Shown: piece by piece, positions 37,273 to 46,424 of the stretch
How the letters are laid out: each line of letters starts with the position of its first letter
How positions within the stretch are numbered: position 1 is the first letter of the stretch
Virus record (IMG/VR): IMGVR_UViG_3300022932_000017
Coordinates: 1 to 64,000 of that record
Source: a virus
Length of the DNA: 64,000 nucleotides
Direction: 5' to 3' (one strand)
Notes under the pieces: model-generated
The model's input: only the letters and a program-made list of their open reading frames with translations
Database searches by the model: none
What the model was told of the DNA's origin: nothing
Translations under genes and position numbers: made by a program

Positions 37273-39456
37273 TTATACGTTATATTTCTTTGATTTACGG
37301 ATTTTCATGAACGTTACGACCTTGTTTACTGTTGTTTGTTTGCCTGTAGCTTCTTTCAATCCCATCAGCGCATATCCCCACGCCATACAAGCATCATAGT
37401 CTCCACGATCGTTAATATCAAAGTCCCTCATATCTTTTAGAAGTCTAAGAAACTTGATTTTCTTCATGTTGTTTATGGAGTATTCAATCATTTCCGTTAA
37501 ATGCTGCTCTCTGGCTTCTTTATTCTGTGGAGGTACACCATACGTCTCTCTCTTATCAGAAAGTCTTGTAGTCATCAGATAACCAAACTTGTGATCGTGG
37601 TTTAATGGAGAGGCTAAACGTCTTGTGGGTGAAGTAGCATAATCTTCCCAATCTGTAGGGGCACGCTCTGCGAGCATTTTTATGCCGTAGTATTCTAATC
37701 CCCAAAATACCTGATCGTGAAACGCTTCTTTTGTTTTAGGTCTTCCAATAAACATTGCTATAGGCATTCCTGATTTTTCAGGGTTTAACGCATCGTATCT
37801 CTTATGAACGATCAAACAAGCATCAGATCCTTTATCTACAGCCGCCTTAGCATTAGCAAATGTATCTAGTCCGGCAGCACCATATATTGTGTTTTCAGGG
37901 CATTTAATGTTTCCCCTATACGTAGATCGATTAGAACCTTCATCTAACAGTTCAATGATATACCACATTCCTTTAGGGTCATCTACAGGTATCTTCTTTC
38001 CATCATGCCCATTTTTAAAGCTCATGCGCCTACCGAACTCTTGCTTCCCACCCATACGGACTAATTCATCTTCAATGTACTGGATCTGTTCGTTTAAAGC
38101 ATCTAAATCAAAATTACACCTGTTGTTAGCACCCTTAAATACTTCTTTCCATTCAAAAGGGTATTTACGAACCTGCTCTGCATATTGTTCAGGATCATTA
38201 GCTTTCATGTTCCTAGCTTCCTGTAAGAATGCCTTTGCTCCAATTGTAGGGTCAAGACAAGCCAAGTCCCCTGTAGAAGGGTCAATTACCGTAGCCATGA
38301 ATGCGGATTGTTCAGGAGTAGGAGTTTCCACTACAGAATTACCGTATTTATCAATATATCCTAATAAACCTCTATACCCTGCAATAAAGAATCTTTTTAA
38401 GCACGTCTCTGTTCTACCGAACCTGTCTTTCTTTCCGTCAATATGATTTGAACCATCCCATATCTTTCTAAAGTTCTCTCCCCCTTTATCTCCTTTGTTT
38501 ACCGTACTGAACACCGACACGTGACCTCCAATAGAGGAACCTACAACAAGCGTATCACTGATTTTATTTAAAAGGGTTTGTACGTTGACCTTCTCAAACT
38601 TACCCGCTTCATCAATGATAATCCTTCTTGCACGTCTACCATCATAAGCATTCTCCGCAGTATCTAGGTAATTAATCCTATTGTTCAACCCTTTATCAGA
38701 GGTAACCATTTTGTTATTGCTGCTGATCTTCTTTTGAGGCTTTGCGATATGGATTTCAGATTCAGTTACCTTGTTTAGTTCCGGCATAAAGAACGGAGGT
38801 AAGTTTTCCAACCCATTCTTTATCATCAAGTACATCTCATAAGCATCCGTACCCGTCTTAGATACAATACCTTGTAAAGTATTGTTTTCTATTATGCCTA
38901 TCTGTAAGTGAATAGATGATGCCATAGAGGACAATCCTAAACGTCTACCCTTTATCCCGCAATCCCCTAATGTTCCCCGATCTTTTTCACATAATTCATA
39001 GAACCTGTAGTACTCTAGCGAAGTATCCTTATAAGATGGGAATATCTGTTCAATTAATAAAACAAACCATTGGTGGAAAAATAAACAGTATTTATTAAAG
39101 TAGGTTGGCACTCCGTTTATCATTATCCATTCTCCGGTATGCAAACGTTCAATAGCAGACTCGTACCAAGTCATCTGTTCTTCCCACTTCTTGTACTCTC
39201 TTTTCTCTGCGGCATTTAAAGTATTCTGTCTCTTTTCGTAATTAGGGATAGGGTTAGTAAACCATAAACGTCCTAATAAAGGGTCAGTATTCCATTCCCA
39301 TCTTTCGTATTCAGTATCCCGAACCCATACCTGATCTTCTATGTTCTCTTCCCAATTACGAATAGACCTTAATGGAGGGATAGGAGGATCTGTATAAATT
39401 AAACCCTGAACTTCATGTTCTACAACCGCTCCTACATTAATCTTACTTTGCGCCAT
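37273..39456 (-). CDS. terL: Terminase large subunit
   Basis: KGRRLGLS Walker A variant, IIIDEAGK Walker B, nuclease GLD and YDACMA. Confidence 0.93.
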   Translation of the reverse strand: MAQSKINVGAVVEHEVQGLIYTDPPIPPLRSIRNWEENIEDQVWVRDTEYERWEWNTDPLLGRLWFTNPIPNYEKRQNTLNAAEKREYKKWEEQMTWYESAIERLHTGEWIMINGVPTYFNKYCLFFHQWFVLLIEQIFPSYKDTSLEYYRFYELCEKDRGTLGDCGIKGRRLGLSSMASSIHLQIGIIENNTLQGIVSKTGTDAYEMYLMIKNGLENLPPFFMPELNKVTESEIHIAKPQKKISSNNKMVTSDKGLNNRINYLDTAENAYDGRRARRIIIDEAGKFEKVNVQTLLNKISDTLVVGSSIGGHVSVFSTVNKGDKGGENFRKIWDGSNHIDGKKDRFGRTETCLKRFFIAGYRGLLGYIDKYGNSVVETPTPEQSAFMATVIDPSTGDLACLDPTIGAKAFLQEARNMKANDPEQYAEQVRKYPFEWKEVFKGANNRCNFDLDALNEQIQYIEDELVRMGGKQEFGRRMSFKNGHDGKKIPVDDPKGMWYIIELLDEGSNRSTYRGNIKCPENTIYGAAGLDTFANAKAAVDKGSDACLIVHKRYDALNPEKSGMPIAMFIGRPKTKEAFHDQVFWGLEYYGIKMLAERAPTDWEDYATSPTRRLASPLNHDHKFGYLMTTRLSDKRETYGVPPQNKEAREQHLTEMIEYSINNMKKIKFLRLLKDMRDFDINDRGDYDACMAWGYALMGLKEATGKQTTVNKVVTFMKIRKSKKYNV

Positions 39457-39877
39457 TCAATTTTAGTTTAATCTTTTCTGTTGCTTCTTCAAAGACATTC
39501 CTATGCTCCCCTTTAAACTCTGGTTCATCTTCTTCCTCTTTTTTAGGCTTAGCATCTTCCTTAGTTAAAGTAGTGACCATTTCCTGCTTAGCGAAGTCTG
39601 ACAATGCTTTGAAGTTTTTCATATTCCCAATCAAAGATAAGAACCGTTCATAGATTTTATTCTTCTTGGAGCCTAGCATCAACAGTTGATTGTCTAATTC
39701 ATCATCAGCAAGCGTGCTACTAGCGATTCTAACTACATCATCAGCTATTACCCCTGCTACATCATTACATGCCTGTACAAGCCTCTGTATATTATCCCCG
39801 TTGAACTTCTCTAGCTCGACAATATAATCATCAACCTCTTTTTTTCCGCTCCTTATATACGACTTTATGGTTTTCAT
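39443..39877 (-). CDS. Putative terminase small subunit
   Basis: Helical 144 aa overlapping terL start; position only. Confidence 0.45.
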   Translation of the reverse strand: MKTIKSYIRSGKKEVDDYIVELEKFNGDNIQRLVQACNDVAGVIADDVVRIASSTLADDELDNQLLMLGSKKNKIYERFLSLIGNMKNFKALSDFAKQEMVTTLTKEDAKPKKEEEDEPEFKGEHRNVFEEATEKIKLKLNGAK

Positions 39878-40616
39878 CTATTTTAGGTATTCTAATCTTA
39901 GTTTTTGCTTTCTTGGAGTCGTCAATAACTAATCTTGGTTTAACATTATGGTTTTTAAAGGTTTTATCAAATCCCTCAAACATTGTTGATATTTTAGCTT
40001 TGAACTCTTTCTGGAACAACTCAAATAACTTCTGTCCCTGTAGAGTAGCGGAGTAAACAAACCCAAATCCTGCACCTCCTTTGTACTTAGCGGCTAACCC
40101 TCTTGCAACAACCCTATTTAGGGACGTTCTAAGCAACGATAAACTGTATGGCAGGAATAACACTAGGTCTTTAACATTAATCCACTCATGGCAGCATAAC
40201 ACCACTAGAATTGCAAATTCTCTTTCAGCAAGATCATTGTCTTTTGTAAACTTCTGAATAACCGGAAAGGCAATAACCCCATCCACATAGTTTGACTTCT
40301 CTAATAAGTCCCTTTTTATTTTAAGGTAGTATACATCTGTAGCACGCTCTGAAATCTTTCTTTGGTTTATAGCAGACTTCTTTAGGTACTTCTTGAATCG
40401 GTCTGTCTGAATCCTTCCTACAGTTTTTTTGTTTATGGTTTTACGGTCATCAACCTTGGCCTTCATCTTTACAATCTGCCGCCTTAAATCAGCTATGATC
40501 TTCCGGTAACGGATAGGAGCGACTCTAGGGTCATTCTGCTCAACCAAAGTCTGAAATTCCCTAGCGGTAATGTCTCCTAGTAATTCGTCTTTGTATAATG
40601 ATTGATTTTCTGTCAT
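39831..40616 (-). CDS. MarR-like winged-helix DNA-binding protein
   Basis: LAEREFAILVVL...LRTSLNRVVARGL...YSATLQGQKL. Confidence 0.65.
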   Translation of the reverse strand: MTENQSLYKDELLGDITAREFQTLVEQNDPRVAPIRYRKIIADLRRQIVKMKAKVDDRKTINKKTVGRIQTDRFKKYLKKSAINQRKISERATDVYYLKIKRDLLEKSNYVDGVIAFPVIQKFTKDNDLAEREFAILVVLCCHEWINVKDLVLFLPYSLSLLRTSLNRVVARGLAAKYKGGAGFGFVYSATLQGQKLFELFQKEFKAKISTMFEGFDKTFKNHNVKPRLVIDDSKKAKTKIRIPKIDENHKVVYKERKKRG

Positions 40617-41272
40617 GACTTAACCCCTATAATCTCCCTGTCTTTAAGTACAACGTATTCTTTGCCTTCGTATTGAATGACGTAATTGTTCTTGTCCATT
40701 GGCAATACGGTATCACCCACTTTAACATGCCTGTACTCCCTCGCACATTTATCAGGTACATGAGTAATTACAATAGCAAGGTCGTTCTTTATCTTTTCAT
40801 CAGACGAGGTAAGGAAGATGCCACTTTCTGTCTTAGGTGCATCTTCTAATTCCCATGTTCCAAGGAATACTCCATCATTCATTATGAATTTATCTCCTTC
40901 TATTTTGAATAGTACATGTTGAGCACCTACCAATGAAAACTCTTCTCCGGCAAACTCTACTTTGTCTTCCCATTCTTTAGCCATGTAATGCAGGAATACC
41001 ACTTCTCCTTTTGCGTATCCTTTCTCAATATACTTCTCGGAGCCGTCAGGATTAAAACCATCTCTTAGCTTACATATCGCATTGCGTTTAACTGTGGCTA
41101 CCTGTGGGTGTGTAAGGAGTTTGTTTACATTACTCTCAAATGTTCTTGCTCCCTGCTCGTCTTCACTCATTTCCCACATATCAGGACGTATAAGGTCTAC
41201 TCCGGCTAAATTAAATACCTTGTTGTGGGATACATCAAATTCTACGAATAAATTGTTGTTTATGGTCACCAT
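40613..41272 (-). CDS. Co-chaperonin GroES-like protein with two tandem domains
   Basis: KTESGIFL, VKVGDTVL, YEGKEYVVLKDREIIGV; N-half echoes the same pattern. Confidence 0.8.
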   Translation of the reverse strand: MVTINNNLFVEFDVSHNKVFNLAGVDLIRPDMWEMSEDEQGARTFESNVNKLLTHPQVATVKRNAICKLRDGFNPDGSEKYIEKGYAKGEVVFLHYMAKEWEDKVEFAGEEFSLVGAQHVLFKIEGDKFIMNDGVFLGTWELEDAPKTESGIFLTSSDEKIKNDLAIVITHVPDKCAREYRHVKVGDTVLPMDKNNYVIQYEGKEYVVLKDREIIGVKS

Positions 41273-41274
41273 AC

Positions 41275-41406
41275 CTAGCCTAATTTTATGATGTTGTTTT
41301 TAACCATGACTTTTAATTTCTTGTAGATGATGTTGTAATTTCCACCTGTATCAAGAGAGATTTTACGTGCCTGTAGTCTTAATTTCCGTGCTGCTGAACT
41401 ATTCAT
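41275..41406 (-). CDS. 43-aa basic peptide (MNSSAARKLRLQARK...), not in ORF track
   Basis: Manual translation; first ORF of the packaging operon. Confidence 0.6.
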   Translation of the reverse strand: MNSSAARKLRLQARKISLDTGGNYNIIYKKLKVMVKNNIIKLG

Positions 41407-41419
41407 AATGTTAAATTAA

Positions 41420-41510
41420 CCCCACCAAAAGGATGCTTATTCAAACTGCTGTTCGATTCCTAATGGTGAGGTGTGTCTAAAATATGTGATTCCATACGTT
41501 TGAATAAGCA
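41420..41510 (-). promoter_or_regulatory. Structured 5' leader of the packaging operon
   Basis: 13-bp perfect inverted repeat 41434-41446/41498-41510 plus crossing pairing CCTCACCA/TGGTGGGG. Confidence 0.6.
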
Positions 41511-41513
41511 ATA

Positions 41514-41541
41514 CAAACTTAGTTATTTTTATATACTTTTG
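41514..41541. promoter_or_regulatory. Back-to-back -7 elements: TAAGTTTG (-, 41514-41521) and TACTTTTG (+, 41534-41541)
   Basis: Two consensus matches pointing to divergent ORFs. Confidence 0.6.
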
Positions 41542-41579
41542 TCCTAGTCCATTTATTTACTCACTTAAATCAATACAAA

Positions 41580-41840
41580 TTGGCAAATTTAATCCCCATC
41601 ACAAGCTTTAGTAAACTCGCTAACCAAGAGGTTAGTGGAACTACTACCACGCCATTAGTCATTAATGTGGCTAATATTATTGCTATTAGCACAAGGGTTA
41701 CTCCATTCTCAACTACTGGAATTACTGATGTGCTCTACTCACTTCCGGTTAACAATACTAGTTACCAAATCACACTTGTCTGTACCGAAACAAGAGCAGC
41801 ATTATTAGCACTTGCAAACGCTAATGCAGTGGCAACTTAA
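41580..41840 (+). CDS. Lone plus-strand 86-aa Thr/Ala-rich protein (TTG start)
   Basis: Own promoter and terminator; no competing minus-strand ORF. Confidence 0.65.
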   Translation: MANLIPITSFSKLANQEVSGTTTTPLVINVANIIAISTRVTPFSTTGITDVLYSLPVNNTSYQITLVCTETRAALLALANANAVAT

Positions 41841-41861
41841 ACAGTTTATGCTTAAAAAAGC

Positions 41862-41898
41862 AAAACCCCTTACTTCTTTTCGAGGCAAGGGGTTTTTT
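41862..41898. terminator. Bidirectional intrinsic terminator
   Basis: AAAACCCCTT/AAGGGGTTTT between convergent ORFs. Confidence 0.8.
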
Positions 41899-41916
41899 AA
41901 TGGATTAACTTTTTTA

Positions 41917-42306
41917 CTATTCCGAAGCAGGGGTAACAAGCTTTCCTGCGGCACTTAATGCAGCCATTGCCTGTTCATTAGTTTCGTACTTAGGCTGACC
42001 AGATTGAGGATCAGCAACAAGTGGTTTCTGTAAAATAGATGCTGTGTGTGCATTTACAGACAAACTACCATCTTCAAGTTTATCTTTTACTTCTTGATCG
42101 GCTTCAATGACCTCTTTTGCTTTATCATCATCTGCCATTTCAACTAGAGGTGCGTCAACTGAACTGGATTCTGCTTTAGCCGACTCTAGTGTTTCATCAA
42201 CGGTTTCATCTACAGGTGTAGTTTCCGGAGTTTCTTTTACTGTTTCTTTAGTTTCAGGAGCTACAGTTTTAGCTTCTTCTTTGGTTGTTTCTTTTTTTGC
42301 TGTCAT
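41917..42306 (-). CDS. Acidic low-complexity protein with own promoter (TACTTTTG at 42343-42350)
   Basis: E/T/A/K-rich monocistronic ORF. Confidence 0.7.
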   Translation of the reverse strand: MTAKKETTKEEAKTVAPETKETVKETPETTPVDETVDETLESAKAESSSVDAPLVEMADDDKAKEVIEADQEVKDKLEDGSLSVNAHTASILQKPLVADPQSGQPKYETNEQAMAALSAAGKLVTPASE

Positions 42307-42698
42307 GACTTTTAGTTTTTAAAGTTTCTACAATTGTGAGTCCAAAAGTATGAATTTTATGAGAATAGTTCTAGTTGTTCCACCGTTGGCAGTTTAAATC
42401 CTATTTCCTTCCACCTCTTTCTCATGTGGGACTTGCTGTATAGCTTAGCTACATAAAATTCTCTCTCAAAAGTCTTATCCTTTTCATCTACAGAACGTCC
42501 AAGGTATTTTTCAAAGAGACTCATAACGTCATGTTTTTAAAGTCTCCCCAACATTCTAATACCTCATAAGAGATAATCCCTTTTATTCCGTATATCCATC
42601 TAGTGAATCCTCCTGTGTACATACCTCTTGATAATCCTGCTTTACCCCAATGAGTATGCTTAGCTTTCTTTCCTATTTTTATTTTTCTCTGTTTCATC

Positions 42699-43088
42699 TT
42701 ATTTTAATTTAAGTTCCTCTCCGTTTAAAGCATAATATAAATTCTGCAATTGATGTACTTGGATAATATCAGGTGTATGAGTACTTATCTTTGCGTAATC
42801 ATTTTTAAAATATAAATATGGTTTACCCTCAAAAGCTAATGTTCCATCATGCAATGTATTTACTTTTTTAAATCCAAAATTAACTATCCACTCTTCTGTT
42901 AATAGAATGCCAGACACACTATCAGCACTTGTTTCAAAAAAATATCCATCAGTAAATAATTCCAATTCTGATTCCTCAAGTCTTGAATTACCTTCCTCTA
43001 TAAACTTTTTTGATGTAATGCACTCTACTGTACAAATTGAACCATTGTGATCTACTAAATTTCCAATCCTTAATTCTTCTGCTTTCAT
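42699..43088 (-). CDS. Conserved phage protein (ELRIGNLV...VHQLQNLYYAL type)
   Basis: Recognisable terminal motifs. Confidence 0.7.
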   Translation of the reverse strand: MKAEELRIGNLVDHNGSICTVECITSKKFIEEGNSRLEESELELFTDGYFFETSADSVSGILLTEEWIVNFGFKKVNTLHDGTLAFEGKPYLYFKNDYAKISTHTPDIIQVHQLQNLYYALNGEELKLK

Positions 43089-43089
43089 C

Positions 43090-43437
43090 CTATTTTTTAG
43101 TTAATTGTTCCACAATGTAATTTCCTAAGTCATCTTGTATGTCTGCTGCTTCCGTATCGCTTATTTTTAAGCCACCAGATCCAGTTAAATAACCCCATCC
43201 ACGTATTTCTATCAGTTGTGTATTTGAGTGTCTTATAAAGCCTAATTCGTAGCTTATATCTGAAAACTTAGTCTGAACGTATGATGTGTTTATTGCAATT
43301 AATAATTCCTGCCTGTCTTTAGGGTCTGAAATACGAAACTGCATACACATCTCTCCTTTACTGTCTTCTATCCAACTACCATACTTTACAGTTTTGAATG
43401 GAGGGGTAAATGCTTTTTCAAATAATCTTTTCATCAT
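43090..43437 (-). CDS. Hypothetical phage protein (IRGWGYLTGSGGL motif)
   Basis: ORF, operon packing. Confidence 0.7.
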   Translation of the reverse strand: MMKRLFEKAFTPPFKTVKYGSWIEDSKGEMCMQFRISDPKDRQELLIAINTSYVQTKFSDISYELGFIRHSNTQLIEIRGWGYLTGSGGLKISDTEAADIQDDLGNYIVEQLTKK

Positions 43438-44027
43438 TTTAGTTCTTTAATTATGTTTTCAGCGAATGCCATTACTTGATTTATAAACTCGTCACGCCTT
43501 TTAATGCTTTCTTGAAGTGGAACCTGATTACCTAATTGATTTTGCTTAATGGCATATCCCCCAATTTCATAATCGTTAGATGGAAACGACTGCAACATTG
43601 CTATGATATCAAATGCTGTACGGCTTTCGGTTAAATCATTTTTAGTTAATGAATGTTCTTGGTGATGTTCAAATTCTTGTCTAATCCAAGTCATAAATTC
43701 ATTTAATGGTCTACCGCACCTATAGCATGAATCTATGCTATCATGATCTCCGTTATTATCCATATACCATTCTTTTATTTTATACTCTGGATATTTTTGT
43801 TGCAGTTCCGAAAGAGTGGCTAATACACATGAATCATTATTGCAAGTATCGTATTCTATCAAATCCAAATCATCACTTTTATCCCCATCTGTATCTACAG
43901 ACTCGAAATAGGCTATCTCATGTGATACCTCTTCTTTGTTGTATGGCCTTAATAACTCAATAGCTTGTTCGAGAATAGCTTCTTGGTGCTCTGTCAATAT
44001 TATCCTGTAGTCGTATGCTGTTTTCAT
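43434..44027 (-). CDS. Hypothetical protein with CxxC
   Basis: ORF, ATGA overlap. Confidence 0.65.
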   Translation of the reverse strand: MKTAYDYRIILTEHQEAILEQAIELLRPYNKEEVSHEIAYFESVDTDGDKSDDLDLIEYDTCNNDSCVLATLSELQQKYPEYKIKEWYMDNNGDHDSIDSCYRCGRPLNEFMTWIRQEFEHHQEHSLTKNDLTESRTAFDIIAMLQSFPSNDYEIGGYAIKQNQLGNQVPLQESIKRRDEFINQVMAFAENIIKELK

Positions 44028-44051
44028 TACTTCTGTCTCCCTAATTTCTTT

Positions 44052-45635
44052 TTAAAATAACTGTGTTTGAATTTTAAATGGTTTTATCTTTTTATCTGCA
44101 ATCTTACAGTAGTCACTACTCATTTCTGAACCTACATAGTTTCTTCCTGTTCTTAATGCCATGATAGCGGTATTACCTGAACCCATAAAAGGGTCGTAAA
44201 TTAATCCTCCTTTCGGACAACCTGCGATAATTGGTTTCTTTATGAGTTCATCGTTGTAAGCAGCATAATGGGCATCCGTAGATGGTTTAGTTGGTATATC
44301 AAAAAAATCAAATTCTCTATTTAACTCTTGAGGAAATCTAAGCCTCTTTCTGTCAAGCGATCTGGTATACCCACTATAAGCATAATCATAAAAAATAGCA
44401 GCATCATTATCAACATATGATAATCTATAAGTTCCTTTTATTTTTTTTGGTGTTTGATTGTACATTCCCGTTTTATATAATCTATCAGAAACCCAAATCA
44501 ATAGTTTTTCTTTTCCAAGAAGTTCTAACCAATAACGCTCTGACCCTTTATAACCCGAATATACACCAACAGAACCGTCACCATCAAATAGTCCTCTAAT
44601 AAAAGCATATTCAAAATCATGTGATATATTAGGAACTTCCTTTGATTTATATCCCAATGACTTTAGATCCGAAACCAATTTTTGGCTGCCCAAAGTTAAT
44701 CTTACTGAACTTGTCTTATTCCTTTGCCTCTCATATATAAGATGATTATCCATTAAATCCTCTTGAAAAGATAACAAATGCTCTTTATCCTTAGTATGAA
44801 TTTCTAATTCTAGTGAGTTCTTATTAAGATACGCATCTGCCCATATAAACCCTAACCAATAAGCCTTATCATCGCTGTCTATAGTTTCAAAATAATTTTC
44901 TCTAAAAAAATATTTTCTGTTTGGATAGCTTTTTCCAGTATCCCAAAAATCAGATACAGAGCCAGGGTTCTTTCCCTTATCTTCATCACCCCAAACCCTA
45001 AAACCCTCTGAAAATTGTGATGAACCAGAACCTCTGCCATATATTTCACTTGCTTTATTCCGAATAGAAACATTGTTTTTAAGTTTATCCCTTATACCAT
45101 CCAAATCAAAATAATATTTATTGGATTTAGTCATTAAGAAAAAATACTCATGCTTCTTACTGAACCTATCTGTTACACTCTCTGGCATAGCATTCCTTTT
45201 AGCCCACACAATATCATTCCTAACCATTAAACCTCTGTCAATACATCCTATAGCGAATCTATGAGGCAATAATAACAGTGATTTGTGAATGCTTTTACTT
45301 TGCTGAACTTTAGCGCCTGAACCTGCGTGTTTTGATTCCTTTGATGAATAATCAACTGAACTTGCCATACCTCCTGATTTTGTACCATAAGTGTCTCCAA
45401 GGTTTATCCACATTGTTCCATTAGATTTTAATTTTGGTATTAATGCTTCTATCATAGACCAAAGATGCTCTAGGTATAATTCAAATGTTGGCTCTAATCC
45501 CCATTGTCCATCGTAGCCATAATCTCTAAGCTGCCAATATGGAGGCGAAGTAATTACACAATCAATAGAATCATCGTCAAACCTTTTTATGGTTTCTAAA
45601 CATGGTTCTTGGTATATTTTATTTAATTCTATCAT
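44052..45635 (-). CDS. Beta-class N4-C/N6-A DNA methyltransferase with in-frame LAGLIDADG insertion
   Basis: TSPPY catalytic motif N-terminal, DPFMGSG SAM motif C-terminal; inserted AYWLGFIWADA and FIRGLFDGDGSV. Confidence 0.92.
   Translation of the reverse strand: MIELNKIYQEPCLETIKRFDDDSIDCVITSPPYWQLRDYGYDGQWGLEPTFELYLEHLWSMIEALIPKLKSNGTMWINLGDTYGTKSGGMASSVDYSSKESKHAGSGAKVQQSKSIHKSLLLLPHRFAIGCIDRGLMVRNDIVWAKRNAMPESVTDRFSKKHEYFFLMTKSNKYYFDLDGIRDKLKNNVSIRNKASEIYGRGSGSSQFSEGFRVWGDEDKGKNPGSVSDFWDTGKSYPNRKYFFRENYFETIDSDDKAYWLGFIWADAYLNKNSLELEIHTKDKEHLLSFQEDLMDNHLIYERQRNKTSSVRLTLGSQKLVSDLKSLGYKSKEVPNISHDFEYAFIRGLFDGDGSVGVYSGYKGSERYWLELLGKEKLLIWVSDRLYKTGMYNQTPKKIKGTYRLSYVDNDAAIFYDYAYSGYTRSLDRKRLRFPQELNREFDFFDIPTKPSTDAHYAAYNDELIKKPIIAGCPKGGLIYDPFMGSGNTAIMALRTGRNYVGSEMSSDYCKIADKKIKPFKIQTQLF
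44311..44938 (-). mobile_element. LAGLIDADG homing endonuclease insertion without intein motifs
   Basis: Two LAGLIDADG helices between degenerate 14-bp direct repeats. Confidence 0.75.
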
Positions 45636-45982
45636 TTTTGTCTTCCTACCTTTCGTTTAAACTCTTTCGAGTCGTATGTTTTAATCTTTACTTCTAAATG
45701 GCTGTAGTCCCAAACCGTATACCTATTTGATTCATCCCATTCTATTCTTGCACTTATGCCATTAGGGTTCTCCACTCCCTTTATAAATTCAGAGTAAGGT
45801 TCTATCCTTCGGAATTTAGTGTAGTCGTTACTGAACTCAAAGTCTCCATACATGTCTATTCTTGTTTTAATAGCTTCTACGAAGTCTTCTCTGTCGGGTC
45901 TTTCTACTGAATACCATTTATTAAATTCAGTTTTATTTTCTAAGTTATAGAACAATTCTTTTAAATACATATCAGTGACCAT
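45632..45982 (-). CDS. Hypothetical protein
   Basis: ORF, overlaps neighbours. Confidence 0.65.
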   Translation of the reverse strand: MVTDMYLKELFYNLENKTEFNKWYSVERPDREDFVEAIKTRIDMYGDFEFSNDYTKFRRIEPYSEFIKGVENPNGISARIEWDESNRYTVWDYSHLEVKIKTYDSKEFKRKVGRQK

Positions 45983-46424
45983 CTTCCAAATCCTTTTTTA
46001 AAATTAATTCCTCAATAGAGGCTTTCAAAATTTCTATTTCCTTTTTCAACCCTTCATTCTCTCTATGGAAGTCTCCTAGTAACCTATTTATTTGCCAATT
46101 GAAAGAATGTATATCTGCAAATTCTCCTACTACCTTACGAAGAATATTCAATCTATGTATTTGCGCATCTGACTTTTCAGTCCTTGGTCTGTCCAAATGA
46201 AAAAATGCTAGATCACTTTCCATTTCAACTATTACTCCTTTTGCTAACATTATTTGGATATTCCTATAAGACATATCTTCATACCTAGATAAATAAACTT
46301 CTGCTAGTTTAAGATACTTGGCTTCTAATGGTGTTAATTTTGGTTTTTTAATCATTTTAAAAGGGCGGTAAGTTATTATCAGTTTCGCTATCTTCTGGAA
46401 ATTTTTCATATTGGAATGCTCCAC
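45972..46424 (-). CDS. Hypothetical coiled-coil protein (start probably 46355)
   Basis: ORF downstream of helicase. Confidence 0.6.
   Translation of the reverse strand: MEHSNMKNFQKIAKLIITYRPFKMIKKPKLTPLEAKYLKLAEVYLSRYEDMSYRNIQIMLAKGVIVEMESDLAFFHLDRPRTEKSDAQIHRLNILRKVVGEFADIHSFNWQINRLLGDFHRENEGLKKEIEILKASIEELILKKDLEDGH

Noticed and set aside
9485-38446. Plus-strand ORFs in the track opposite structural genes (e.g. 18825-19385, 37889-38446)
   Set aside because: Antisense shadows of long genes, S/F/L-rich, without promoters or motifs
44311-44938. Canonical intein or group I intron
   Set aside because: No splice-junction residues and no non-coding intron core; insert length fits an endonuclease alone
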